From an uncultured Poribacteria bacterium (GTDB taxonomy: Bacteria > Poribacteria > WGA-4E > WGA-3G): DNA of 64,000 nucleotides. The position numbers were made by a program, and so were the translations under genes. This document shows, piece by piece, positions 19,792 to 30,263 of the stretch (positions are counted from its first letter, which is position 1; each line of letters begins with the position of its first letter). The notes beneath the pieces were generated by a model, which saw only the letters and a program-made list of their open reading frames with translations, did no database searches and was not told the origin of the DNA. The stretch covers positions 2,240,001-2,304,000 of the forward strand of contig OX638351.1 of the NCBI GenBank assembly GCA_951813565.1, read 5' to 3'.

Positions 19792-21199
19792 CGCAATAAG
19801 TAGTTTTGGACTTGCAAAAAGCCCTTAAGCGTTATGGAAATTTATACTTAATAGGGTATGAGAATTCGGAAAAGCACTAAACGGCGAAGACTAATTTCTA
19901 ACTCTAATCTGTGAGAACTTCTGCCCCTCCAACTCACATCGGTATAAAAGTTGAGCGCGCTTGATAGATACTTTGCAACGGCAGACAATTCTTCTAATCG
20001 TTTTGCCGTTGTGATATTAGTGTGGTCCAGCTTGTCAAGACCTTATTCTTTAAGTTCTTCTGCCATCGTTGAGTGAGTCTTCATCTCATACTCTCATTGA
20101 CAAACTTATCAAAAATGCTCTCAATGCTCCTATAGTTGTATTTATAGCACGCCTCTGCGACATATAGGGGCGTGTATTCAGTCCAATAGTGGTGATGACT
20201 TCCATACCAAGCACGTTTGAGAAGTGACCAGAAGCCTTCAATCGTATTGGTATGGACATCACCGTCAACAAATTGTTCTTGATGATCAATGATATGGTGC
20301 TTCATCTCTTTACCGAGTGTGAGATAAGCTTTATACTCATCAGTCATCAACTGCGATTTATCTACTTTAACAACTTCGCGAATAAAATTTAAGATAGTCC
20401 GTCCCGTCAAATCTTTTGCGAGTCTTGCCACAACTTTCCCACCGCGTTCAATCGCTCCGATGATAGCATCTTTATCAGTGCCACGCCCACGCTTAGCAGG
20501 ATCCCTGTCCTCTTTTTTGTTCGCTTTGCGAGGTTTACCCCCGACATAAGTTTCGTCAGCCTCTATGATACCTTGTAAGAGGATATTATCTTTAGCCATT
20601 TCAGCACGGATACATGTTCCCATACGCCACGCAGTCTTTTGATCCAAGTCCAAATCTCTTGCCAACTGATGACTTGAAAGACTCTTTTTAGCATTCGTCA
20701 TCAACGAGATAGCCAAAAACCACTTCTGAAGTGCTATCTTTGTCCCGTGAAACACCGTGCCACAAGTAACCTTGAAAGTAGCAGTGCAATCGTGGCATTG
20801 CAAGCGTCCGATGCGTCCCAATTCCGTTTCTGTTCGTCTTGCAACGTTTGGGCAATCACAATGTGGACACTTCGGTTTACCCTTCCACCGAATACTCTCT
20901 AAATGTTCAATACAACTCTCTTGATCAGGGAATCGTTCCATCACTTTCAACAAATCCATCAGAAAACTCCTTTTTAGGAGTTGCTTTTTCTGACAGGTTT
21001 CTGATACAATAACTAGATAAGACAGAATGCCAGAAAAGCAACTCGCTTTTTTGTGTTCAATTAGGGGGTTAACAGCCCTCTAATTTCTTATCTAAATTGT
21101 ATCATATTTTCACAATTAAAACAAGCGAAAAATGTAGTCTACACAAGGATTTAGAGCGATTTTTAAAATTTTGTTGCAAGTCCAAAACTACTTATTGCG
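19792..21199 (-). mobile_element. IS1595-family insertion sequence
   Basis: Perfect 26-bp TIRs at 19792-19817 and 21174-21199. Flanks AAACTATA/AAACTGTA (8 bp, one mismatch). Confidence 0.92.
20081..20959 (-). CDS. IS1595-family transposase
   Basis: CPHC...CHDC zinc ribbon, EADETYVGG, MTDEY and HTNTIEGFW. Confidence 0.95.
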   Translation of the reverse strand: MDLLKVMERFPDQESCIEHLESIRWKGKPKCPHCDCPNVARRTETELGRIGRLQCHDCTATFKVTCGTVFHGTKIALQKWFLAISLMTNAKKSLSSHQLARDLDLDQKTAWRMGTCIRAEMAKDNILLQGIIEADETYVGGKPRKANKKEDRDPAKRGRGTDKDAIIGAIERGGKVVARLAKDLTGRTILNFIREVVKVDKSQLMTDEYKAYLTLGKEMKHHIIDHQEQFVDGDVHTNTIEGFWSLLKRAWYGSHHHYWTEYTPLYVAEACYKYNYRSIESIFDKFVNESMR

Positions 21200-21208
21200 A
21201 AACTGTAT

Positions 21209-21435
21209 TATAGTAAATTATGTAAATAAGTTCACATATATTCTGTAGGAGCGATCTCCGAATCGCGACGAAACCACTGGTAGTCGGGAATCGGAGTTCC
21301 CTCGGACAGCTCATACCAAATTACCCTAAATCGTAGGGGCGGGTCTCTGTGCCCGCCCTTACCATCGGCAATGAAAACAATGCAATTCTCGTTAATTTGG
21401 TATCAGATGTCCAGTTAATTGTAGAATCCACTATA
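21209..21435. mobile_element. TATAGT-end MITE containing REPs and a nested 89-bp MITE
   Basis: The first 61 bp are identical to 43088-43148. The right end is GAATCCACTATA. Confidence 0.65.
21314..21402. mobile_element. 89-bp MITE with TCA target duplication
   Basis: TACCAAATTA...TAATTTGGTA ends with TCA on both sides. Homolog at 62932-63020. Confidence 0.85.
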
Positions 21436-21491
21436 ATATGTGCTTTTTAGCGACAGCCGATTACCGTTGAATTATGTTCGAAAGGAGAAAC

Positions 21492-22409
21492 ATGGCAAAC
21501 AGTATTGAAAAAGTTGATCCGCAAACAACAAAACTTGGATGGATTGGTACCGGGGTGATGGGACGTTGGATGTGTCACCATCTTATGGACCTTGGATACG
21601 GTATGACTGTCTATAACCGCACCAAATCGAAGGCGGAACCTCTAATTGATGCAGGTGCAGCATGGGCAGATTCACCCAGCGAAGTCGCAGCTGCTTCGGA
21701 TGTGATCTTTACCATCGTAGGGTTCCCACCGGATGTCCGAGAGGTATATCTTGGTGATAACGGTATTCTGAACGGAGCAAAAGCTGGCAGCATTGTTGTT
21801 GATATGACGACAACTGAACCTTCTCTCGCACAAGAGATTTACGCCGAGGCTAAAGAAAAAAATGTTGCCTCTGTGGATGCACCTGTTTCAGGTGGGGATG
21901 TCGGTGCACGGGAAGCGCGACTCTCTATTATGGTAGGCGGAGACGAAGCTGCTGTGGAAGCAGTTATGCCGCTTTTCTCTGCTATGGGCAAAAACATTGT
22001 TCACCAAGGTGGTGCTGGGGCAGGACAACACACTAAAATGTGTAACCAAATCACTATCTCTGGCACGATGATTGGTGTTTGTGAAGGTCTAATCTATGGT
22101 CACAAAGCGGGTTTAGATCTGGAAACGATGCTATCTTCAATTAGTGGGGGTGCAGCTGCCTGCTGGTCGTTGGATAATTTAGCACCGCGGGTTCTCAAAC
22201 GTGACTTTGACCCAGGGTTCTTTGTAGAACATTTCATCAAAGACATGAGCATCGCTCTGGACGAAGCGAGAAAAATGAATCTGAGTCTGCCAGGACTCGC
22301 ACTAGTGCATCAGCTTTATACTGCTGTGCAAGCACAAGGACACGGACGTTTAGGCACGCAAGCTTTGTTGTTAGCATTAGAGCAGATGTCCGGGACAGAA
22401 GTAGGTTAA
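21492..22409 (+). CDS. NAD(P)-dependent beta-hydroxyacid dehydrogenase (3-hydroxyisobutyrate/tartronate semialdehyde reductase family)
   Basis: [16 protein letters not shown] and KMCNQ motifs. AAGGAG RBS before 21492. Confidence 0.93.
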   Translation: MANSIEKVDPQTTKLGWIGTGVMGRWMCHHLMDLGYGMTVYNRTKSKAEPLIDAGAAWADSPSEVAAASDVIFTIVGFPPDVREVYLGDNGILNGAKAGSIVVDMTTTEPSLAQEIYAEAKEKNVASVDAPVSGGDVGAREARLSIMVGGDEAAVEAVMPLFSAMGKNIVHQGGAGAGQHTKMCNQITISGTMIGVCEGLIYGHKAGLDLETMLSSISGGAAACWSLDNLAPRVLKRDFDPGFFVEHFIKDMSIALDEARKMNLSLPGLALVHQLYTAVQAQGHGRLGTQALLLALEQMSGTEVG

Positions 22410-22519
22410 TCAGACCATGCTGCCTGATGGTCTTCGGCAGTTGGCATTCGTTTTTTAGAAGAGGTTACATCTCTTTCCGATAAGCGAGTGTCAGCTGCCG
22501 AAAACTTTAAAACGGTTCT

Positions 22520-23623
22520 TTAGGATCCTAAACGCATCGGTGCTATAAAACATATATGTCCATCATCACCCATAGGTTTAACGATCAAAAAATTAAATTC
22601 TCCTGAAAACTCAAGAATGAGAGATTCCGTTTCAATATGTGCAAAAATCTCTGTTAGCCTATGTGCATCCAAACCGATCCTTACACTTCCTGTGCCGGAT
22701 TCCACAGCGACAGTTTCATGTGCCTCACCAAGTTCAGGTGTCTGGGCAGAAATCCGAATCTGTTCTGGATCTATTTCTAAACTGATCGCATAATTTTTCG
22801 GATTTGACAGTAAAGCGACGCGCCGCGTTGCACGTAAAATCGCCTCCCTTGATACAACTACACGGTTCTCAGAAGATTCCTGAAAGACCTTTTGATATTC
22901 CGGATAATCACCCTCTATCAAACGTGTCGTTAAGGTAGCATTATCATCAGTCAAAAGTAGTTGATTCTTGAGAAGTGAAATTTTTACCTCAGGGGAATCA
23001 GCAAAGGTGCGTGCAATCTCTTTTACAGCCTTCAACGGAACAATGAATCCGCTGCCATCTTCAGAGGCTTTGAGGGGTGAACAATGTACCAACGCAAGTT
23101 GATGCATATCGGTCGCAACCACTTCAGTTCTATCTTCAAGAAGGTTGAAAAAGAGTCCGTTAAGCTGGTACCTGAACTCCTCTGTAGATGCCGCAAATTC
23201 TGCTTTATGGATAACAGCACATAGTGCTTCCCCATCAATAGTTGTCCCCTCTCCATCGGCAGATGGTAGTTGTGGGAAATCTTCATCGGAAAGACCGATA
23301 ATCTTATAAACACCATCTCCGCAAGTGAGTTCAACGCGGTCATTGGCAGTCGTAACGAGGTTTATCGGTGTATTTCCAGGTAATTCTCTGACGATGTCTG
23401 TCAATTTTTTCGCTGAGACCGTAATTGTTCCTTCTTCTTGGATAGTACCAACTACCTTGATTTTAATGCCAACTTCTAAATCGGTAGCTGCTAATTCTAT
23501 GTTTCCGTTTTCAGCACGAATGAGGACGTTTGAAAGAATAGGCAAGGTGTTACGCCCACTTGCCACACCTTGCACAATTTGAAGAGCATATAAAAGATCG
23601 TCTTTTTCAAAAACAAGTTCCAT
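22520..23623 (-). CDS. dnaN: DNA polymerase III beta sliding clamp, paralog A
   Basis: LPILSNVLI, ATDLEVGI, FRYQLNG, PELGEAHE and APMRL. GGAG RBS before MELVF. Confidence 0.93.
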   Translation of the reverse strand: MELVFEKDDLLYALQIVQGVASGRNTLPILSNVLIRAENGNIELAATDLEVGIKIKVVGTIQEEGTITVSAKKLTDIVRELPGNTPINLVTTANDRVELTCGDGVYKIIGLSDEDFPQLPSADGEGTTIDGEALCAVIHKAEFAASTEEFRYQLNGLFFNLLEDRTEVVATDMHQLALVHCSPLKASEDGSGFIVPLKAVKEIARTFADSPEVKISLLKNQLLLTDDNATLTTRLIEGDYPEYQKVFQESSENRVVVSREAILRATRRVALLSNPKNYAISLEIDPEQIRISAQTPELGEAHETVAVESGTGSVRIGLDAHRLTEIFAHIETESLILEFSGEFNFLIVKPMGDDGHICFIAPMRLGS

Positions 23624-23801
23624 ATCAAGATCTCCTATTTTATAGTAGATTTTAGAATTACGTAGACATCTTGCACCAACGAGGTGAATAAACGCTGAAT
23701 ATACGTATGCCATTTGGTGTGGTTGAGAACGTGAAACCCAACACTTTTCTATCCAACCTACAATTATACTGAAATTCTTTTATCAAACTCACGTTAGGAT
23801 T

Positions 23802-24917
23802 TTAGTGAGGAGCGGATGCTAAACGCATTGGTGCTATGAAACACATATGTTCATCATCACCTATAGGTTTTATAGTAAGAAAACTAAACTCTCCCGAAAA
23901 CTCAAGTATTAGAGATTCTGTTTCAATATGTGCAAAAATCTCTGTTAGCCTATGAGCATCTAAGCCCATCCGAACATTTCCAGTACTAGATTCCACAGCG
24001 ACAGTTTCATGTGCCTCACCAAGTTCAGGTGTTTCGGTTGAAATTCTAATTTGTTCGGGATTTATCTCTAAACTGATCGCAAAACTCTTCGGATTTGAAA
24101 GTAAAGCGACCCGCCGCGTTGCACGTAAAATCGCCTCTTTTGATACAATCGCACGTCCCTCATAAGACTCCGGAATGAGTGATTGGTAGCGCATATCATA
24201 TTCACCTTCAACTAAACGTGCCATCAACGTGGCGTTGTCATCAGCAAAAAGAATTTGATTCTTGAGAAGTAGAATCTTAACCTCAGAGGAATTGGCGAAG
24301 GTCCGAGCAATCTCTTTGACAGCCTTCAACGGTACAATAAACCCGCTAACATCATCAGATGTTTTAAGGATAGGTCCGTGCGCTAAGGCGAGGTAATGCG
24401 AATCCATTGCAACCACTTCAGTTCTATTTTCAAGAAGGTTAAAAAAGAGACCGTTAAGCAGATATCGGAACTCCTCTGTAGATGCTGCAAATTCTGTCTT
24501 GCGGATAACAGAACACAAGGTTTCACCATCAATCGTTACACCTTCTCCATCAGCAGATGGCAGTTGTGGAAAATCTTCATCGGAAAGACCGATAATCTTA
24601 TAAACACCATCTCCGCAAGTGATTTCAACACGGTAATTGGCAGTCGTAACGAGGTTTATCGGTGTATTTCCAGGTAATTCTCTGACGATGTCTGTCAATT
24701 TTTTCGCAGAAACCGTGATAGTGCCTTCTTCTTGGATAGTACCAACAACTTTAAATCTAATACCAACTTCCAAATCGGTCGTTGCAAATTCAATGTTTCC
24801 ATTTTCGGCGCGAATGAGGACGTTTGCGAGAATAGGCAAGGTATTACGCCCACTTGCCACACCTTGAACTGTCTGTAGAGCATGTAAAAGTTCATCTTTT
24901 TCAAAAGAAAGTTCCAT
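23802..24917 (-). CDS. dnaN: DNA polymerase III beta sliding clamp, paralog B
   Basis: Same motifs as paralog A, with long identical stretches between the two. Confidence 0.93.
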   Translation of the reverse strand: MELSFEKDELLHALQTVQGVASGRNTLPILANVLIRAENGNIEFATTDLEVGIRFKVVGTIQEEGTITVSAKKLTDIVRELPGNTPINLVTTANYRVEITCGDGVYKIIGLSDEDFPQLPSADGEGVTIDGETLCSVIRKTEFAASTEEFRYLLNGLFFNLLENRTEVVAMDSHYLALAHGPILKTSDDVSGFIVPLKAVKEIARTFANSSEVKILLLKNQILFADDNATLMARLVEGEYDMRYQSLIPESYEGRAIVSKEAILRATRRVALLSNPKSFAISLEINPEQIRISTETPELGEAHETVAVESSTGNVRMGLDAHRLTEIFAHIETESLILEFSGEFSFLTIKPIGDDEHMCFIAPMRLASAPH

Positions 24918-24943
24918 ACCAAGTGCTCCTATTCATTTTGTAT

Positions 24944-25057
24944 TATAGTAAAATCCCAAAATATGTTCACATTTCAATGAATCACAATCCCCACACACTC
25001 GCGCTAGCCAGGTTTCCTAACCTCGCCAATGTCCAGGTAATTATGGATTTCACTATA
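24944..25057. mobile_element. TATAGT-end MITE
   Basis: TATAGTAAAATCC...GGATTTCACTATA inverted ends. Confidence 0.7.
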
Positions 25058-25246
25058 AGTATTTGATAGTAATACCTGTAATTATTGGGCTCCATTGAGC
25101 GCGTGCTTACTATTTTAGATTTGACTATAAAACGAATCACTCTGATTTACCAGGGTTATTTAGTTCTCTATATTTCTGACGCATTTTATCACATGCGTTA
25201 ATTTTTTATAATAGTATCGTCCGTTGGGTAGAGCGGAGCGAAACCC

Positions 25247-25456
25247 ATAAGCGTCAACTTAAGAAAAAAATGTTGGGTTTTCTCTTGTGGGAAGGCTTTC
25301 TAAGCCCGATTTTGTGAGACCCAAGCCGTTAAATCGGGGTTGAAAACCCGACAAATGCCAAAAAGCGCATTTGGCGTTGATTTGGCAGCATGCCAAAAGC
25401 GCATGCTGCGTTGATTCACTCCCACAAGAAAGATTGGACGCTAAATTGACACCTAT
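25247..25456. mobile_element. MITE inserted in a REP hairpin with a 21-bp target duplication
   Basis: GGGTAGAGCGGAGCGAAACCC at 25226-25246 and 25457-25477. Imperfect TIRs ATAAGCGTCAACTTAAG/CTAAATTGACACCTAT. Confidence 0.8.
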
Positions 25457-25570
25457 GGGTAGAGCGGAGCGAAACCCAACATTTGCACATACGTGTTGGG
25501 TTTCGCTCCGCTCTACCCAACGGACAATATAAACTTTCAGTAACACGCATCAACTGATAATTCTTAAAAC

Positions 25571-25847
25571 TATAGTGAACTTTGAAATTATTGGGACACT
25601 TTGATAAACTTGTCTTGGAAAGATAATGGACAATAGAAGTTGTAGCACAAACTTTTAGTTTGTGCCTTATGAGACGCAAACTAAATGAAGATTAATTTAT
25701 TAATTCGGTAATTTTGGAGAAAGATCCAGTGCGGTTGGGAAACCGCACCTACCGGGTTTGGGAAAAATTAGAATTACCGAAATATTTTCTTAATCTTCAT
25801 AAAGTTTGCGCTACAGAAGTGTCCCATTAATTATAGGCTTTACTATA
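25571..25847. mobile_element. TATAGT-end MITE with a nested element (25686-25799, TAAA duplication)
   Basis: Inner TIRs TGAAGATTAA/TTAATCTTCA. Removing the inner element restores the hairpin CGCAAACTAAAGTTTGCG. Confidence 0.7.
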
Positions 25848-25958
25848 AATAGCCCTGCTGATTTACCTTGACAGATATTTGATTGTTTAGTATAACATAC
25901 TATAGAAAATATATCCATTCAATTTTCGCATCTAAGTTCTACAGTTTCAACAGAAACT

Positions 25959-27923
25959 GTGTCAGCATTTAAAACTTACCCTCCTACAAGAATGCATCAA
26001 ACAAACTTACAACCTTCGCGCGCGATTAAAAAACGGGCAGTGTTAATTGGAACTGTCTTGATCACTGCTAACAGTTACTGGATAGCTTATGTTGAAATGA
26101 TTTGGCACACTGCCCATCTGACAACAGTCGCTATGTCTGTTAACGTCATGTTTGGCATCTTCGTTATCACGATGCTAAACATGTGGGTTCGTAGTTTTGC
26201 GCCAAGTGCTGCACTTACACAGCGTGACTTAATTGTCGTTTACAGTATGCTTGCGGTTGGCAGCGCGTTTTCAGGACACGATTGTATGCCACGTCTGATG
26301 GGGCTTATTCCGTATGCTTTTCGTTTTGCTACTCCTGAAAATGATTGGGAAGCACTACTTTTTCATCACCTCCCAGAATGGCTCGTTGTCAAACATCCGA
26401 AAACAGTCAATGACTTTTATGAAGGTAACGTCAACTTCTTTACTGAAGGTTACGTGCAATATTGGATTGTTCCGATTCTTGCTTGGTCTGCTGTGATTTT
26501 TTTGTTGATGTTGATCTTTCTCTGTTTGACTTCTTTAATTCGCAAACAGTGGATAGAAAACGAAAAACTCGCGTACCCGATTATTCAGATTCCACTTGAA
26601 ATTACCACGAACAGTCGTATTTTCAGAAGTCGCCTGCTTTGGATAGGCTTTGGTATAGCAATGGGAATAAATTTACTTAACGGGTTACATTTTTTCTTTC
26701 CCATATTACCGGAAATTCCCGTCAGAAAATACAACCTTAATATGTACTTCACGCAGAAACCATGGAACGCGATGGGTAGCACGCCACTTCGGTTTCATCC
26801 TTACCTTATAGGTTTCTCGTTTATTCTGCCATTGGATTTAGCGTTTTCGTGTACATTCTTCTATTTAATGAAAAAAGTGCAGTTATTATTCGGAAGCGCG
26901 ACCGGGGTATCAAAGTTACAGGGATACCCATTTTTAGGAGAGCAGGGAGCAGGAGCGTTGTTAGCACTACTCGCTATAGCGTGTTGGCATGGACGAAAGC
27001 ATTTTGCCGTGGTGTTATCACAAGCAATTCGACCAAACCGTGCCATGGCAAAACTTGAAGCAATTTCTTATCGCACAACTTTGATTACATTAGCTTTATC
27101 GCTGTTTTTGCTTGCGGTTTTCTGTATTCAGGGTGGTATGTCGTTATGGGCTTTTTCAGTTTTCATCGGTATTTATCTGCTAATTGTTGTCGGTCTAACC
27201 CGTATGCGCGCAGAACTCGGTCCACCGATACACGCAATTGGTTATTTAACGCCACAATACATGATGATTTCGCTTCTTGGCACGCGTAGACTACGAGCAG
27301 GCAATCTCACAATGCTCTCGCTGATGAATTGGCTCAGCGGGGCAAGTTACGCTTCATTTCGTACGCATCCTATGCCTGATCAGCTTGAGGCGTTTAAACT
27401 TGCTGAACGGACTGGTGTTCGAAACAGAACGATGTTTATTGTGTTAGTTATCGCAAGCCTCGTCGGTATTTTGTCCAGTCTAATTCTCTATCCTTATGCA
27501 ATTTATCGGGAAGGTGTGGCTGCAGGTTCTGAGCAGATTCATGCGGGTGGAGCTGATACCTATAATTTTTTGTCATCGTGGTTAGTCAATCCGAAACCGA
27601 TGGATTGGTTAGCAACGACTGTGCTTGGGGGAACGTTTGCTGCGAATTTAGGTATCATGTTTCTCCGATCCCGTTTTGTGTGGTGTCCACTCCATCCGGC
27701 AGGATATGTTATCGGTGTTGCGCCTGGAACAACCGATGTTATTTGGTTTCCGCTGCTAATAGCAATGGTAACGAAATGGGTTGTCTTACGGAATGGCGGC
27801 ATAAAGGCATATCGAAGGGCAATACCGTTTTTCATTGGGTTGGTTTTAGGAGAAGCGTTGATGGGATGTTTCTGGCCCCTGCTGAGTTTAATTTTGCGGT
27901 CCGCGGTGTATAGTTGGATTTAA
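25959..27923 (+). CDS. Large polytopic membrane protein (DUF6785/OPT-like putative transporter)
   Basis: Many TM helices, RKQWIENEKLAYP, RMRAELG and PLHPAGY. Family assignment is from recall. Confidence 0.7.
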   Translation: MSAFKTYPPTRMHQTNLQPSRAIKKRAVLIGTVLITANSYWIAYVEMIWHTAHLTTVAMSVNVMFGIFVITMLNMWVRSFAPSAALTQRDLIVVYSMLAVGSAFSGHDCMPRLMGLIPYAFRFATPENDWEALLFHHLPEWLVVKHPKTVNDFYEGNVNFFTEGYVQYWIVPILAWSAVIFLLMLIFLCLTSLIRKQWIENEKLAYPIIQIPLEITTNSRIFRSRLLWIGFGIAMGINLLNGLHFFFPILPEIPVRKYNLNMYFTQKPWNAMGSTPLRFHPYLIGFSFILPLDLAFSCTFFYLMKKVQLLFGSATGVSKLQGYPFLGEQGAGALLALLAIACWHGRKHFAVVLSQAIRPNRAMAKLEAISYRTTLITLALSLFLLAVFCIQGGMSLWAFSVFIGIYLLIVVGLTRMRAELGPPIHAIGYLTPQYMMISLLGTRRLRAGNLTMLSLMNWLSGASYASFRTHPMPDQLEAFKLAERTGVRNRTMFIVLVIASLVGILSSLILYPYAIYREGVAAGSEQIHAGGADTYNFLSSWLVNPKPMDWLATTVLGGTFAANLGIMFLRSRFVWCPLHPAGYVIGVAPGTTDVIWFPLLIAMVTKWVVLRNGGIKAYRRAIPFFIGLVLGEALMGCFWPLLSLILRSAVYSWI

Positions 27924-28255
27924 TTCTATTTTCAAGATTGCCATTTTGTTAAGGCTTTGGTATTATATTAACGCGTTGTGCCAGTTAACATTTGGTATAT
28001 TTATATTTCACATGTTCCTCTTGTTTGGGTTTGCATTCCGCAACTTTTCCGATAGCTGCTGTCCTCAAGGTAGGAGGGAACTCCGATTCCCGACTGCAAA
28101 CGTGTCGCGATTCGGAGATCGCTCCCGCCAAATGCCAAAAGCGTATTTGGCGTTGATCCCAAAATATGAACAATTGTGAAAAACAACAAAACTTTCACTT
28201 AACTGGCACAAGTCGTTATATTAGCATTGAAAAGAAATAAATCAGAGGAGAATAA

Positions 28256-29158
28256 ATGCAACCACAATTACCTGATGCACGAAATGAAAATATCTTAGTC
28301 CACGTCGGTGGGGAATTGTTACCCCGCGAAAATGCGAAAATATCTGTGTTTGATAGCCTTGTCCAAGGTGGCGATGGCGTATGGGAAGGATTACGTATCT
28401 ACAAAGGTAAAATCTTTGCCTTGGATGCACACTTAGACCGACTGATAGACTCTGCCCACGCAATGGCGTTTGAAGGCATCCCTTCCCGCGATGAAATCAA
28501 AACTGCCATTTTTGAAACGCTTCAAGCTAACGACATGCGTGATGAAGTTCATATACGGTTGACACTTAGTCGTGGCAAAAAAGTGACCTCCAGTATGAAT
28601 CCACAAGTTAACCAATATGGGACATGTTTAATCGTTTTGGCAGAGTGGAAAGCACCGATTTATGCAAGCACTGGTGTTCGATTGATTACCTCAGCAATTC
28701 GGCGGAATCCAGCACAGTGTATTGACTCAAAGATACATCATAACAACTTGATTAACAATATTCTCGCAAAAATAGAAGCGAACGTTGCTGGCGTAGACGA
28801 TGCAATTATGCTGGACATTTTCGGCTTTGTCTCTGAAACAAATGCGACAAACATCTTTATAGTGAAAAAGGGACAAGTCCTCACACCGCATGCGGATAGT
28901 TGCCTTCCGGGGATTACGCGTGGCAACGTCATACATCTCGCTCGCGAGGCAGAGATTCCGTTAGTAGAACGAAACGTCTCTCTGACAGAGGTTTACACGG
29001 CAGATGAGATGTTCACGACAGGCACCGTTGGTGAGTTAAGTCCTGTGTTGGAGGTAGATGGTAGACAAATCGGCACAGGCAGTCCAGGACCGATGACCGA
29101 GCGTTTGCAAGAACTTTATGGGGAAATGACTGCACGTGAAGGCGTCCCGATACCGTAG
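28256..29158 (+). CDS. Class IV PLP aminotransferase (branched-chain/D-amino acid type)
   Basis: GDGVWEGLR, ETNATNIF, LPGITR and ADEMFTTGT. Confidence 0.92.
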   Translation: MQPQLPDARNENILVHVGGELLPRENAKISVFDSLVQGGDGVWEGLRIYKGKIFALDAHLDRLIDSAHAMAFEGIPSRDEIKTAIFETLQANDMRDEVHIRLTLSRGKKVTSSMNPQVNQYGTCLIVLAEWKAPIYASTGVRLITSAIRRNPAQCIDSKIHHNNLINNILAKIEANVAGVDDAIMLDIFGFVSETNATNIFIVKKGQVLTPHADSCLPGITRGNVIHLAREAEIPLVERNVSLTEVYTADEMFTTGTVGELSPVLEVDGRQIGTGSPGPMTERLQELYGEMTAREGVPIP

Positions 29159-29168
29159 GGGTTTATCG

Positions 29169-30263
29169 CTACTGAATTTGCAATGCTTTCATCAAATCTT
29201 CCTCTCCGTCTTTGATGACTAATTCAATTGCCAATACAACTATCGGTAACTCTGTGGAAAGAGATGCCAACTTTTGTTCATCTTTCTGTGTTGTGACAAC
29301 CCATTCTGCCTCATACTGTTGCATCTGATGTTCAATTTGCTGTAAATCGGATTCGGTATAGGCATGATGATCAGGAAAAGCAAACAATTCTACTGCCTCT
29401 GGATTATACGCTTCAAGTGTTGCGACAAAAGCATCAGGATTACCAATGCCGCACACAGCCAGAAGTCGCTTTCCTGTTAGGTTTTTTATTGGTATTGTAG
29501 CATGTTTGTCAGGACAATTTAGCCAATACAGTGATGTGGGTTGATGTTTACTCTCCAAGATGGGTTTATTCGGTGCTAATTGGTTCAGCTCTGCCTTCAA
29601 ATCTGCAATCTGTGTATCAATAGCATCTGTCCGAGTCAGTAAAATAATGTCTGCGCGTTCAATTGCAGTTATGGGTTCCCGCAACGTACCTATAGGCAGT
29701 AGCGCGCCAGTGCCGTAAGGTTGCGTTGCATCTATCGTGAGAATATCAACATCACGTGCCAGTTGCCGATGCTGAAACCCATCATCAAGAATTAAGACAT
29801 CGCTTTTAAAGCGGTCAATAGCAGCTTCACCTGTTAGATAACGTTGTTTTCCAACAACAATCGGAACATTGGGAAGTTGACGTGTGAGCATATCCGCTTC
29901 ATCACCGCATTCTTCTCTTGAACAGAGGCGATTTTTATCATCCGATACGACCATTATTTCCTCACTGCTGCGCCGTTTATAGCCGCGTAGAAGAATTGCT
30001 ACCTGAAAACCTTTATTTTCAAGTAGTTTGGCAATTGCAGCGACTGCAGGGGTTTTACCTGTCCCACCTACAACAATATTGCCAACACTAATTACGGAAC
30101 AAGGCAATTGTTTTTGTTTAAAAATCCCACTTGTGAAGCAGTAATTTCGTATCCAGACGATACTACCGTAGAGCCAAGACAACGGCATTAGCAGGACGCG
30201 GAAGAGTGTCGGAATAACTCCGCGCTGCTTAGTCGTGATGAGAGTGTAGAGTATTCGTTTCAT
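29169..30263 (-). CDS. lpxK: Tetraacyldisaccharide 4'-kinase
   Basis: SVGNIVVGGTGKTP, GDE, LDDGFQH and FPDHH. Confidence 0.96.
   Translation of the reverse strand: MKRILYTLITTKQRGVIPTLFRVLLMPLSWLYGSIVWIRNYCFTSGIFKQKQLPCSVISVGNIVVGGTGKTPAVAAIAKLLENKGFQVAILLRGYKRRSSEEIMVVSDDKNRLCSREECGDEADMLTRQLPNVPIVVGKQRYLTGEAAIDRFKSDVLILDDGFQHRQLARDVDILTIDATQPYGTGALLPIGTLREPITAIERADIILLTRTDAIDTQIADLKAELNQLAPNKPILESKHQPTSLYWLNCPDKHATIPIKNLTGKRLLAVCGIGNPDAFVATLEAYNPEAVELFAFPDHHAYTESDLQQIEHQMQQYEAEWVVTTQKDEQKLASLSTELPIVVLAIELVIKDGEEDLMKALQIQ

Noticed and set aside
25259..25679. Short ORFs in the MITE cluster (also 62049-62826 and 27946-28198)
   Set aside because: They are translations of REP/MITE palindromes without coding features.
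24918..25958. Replication origin next to dnaN
   Set aside because: No dnaA and no cluster of TTATCCACA boxes. The region is explained by nested MITEs.
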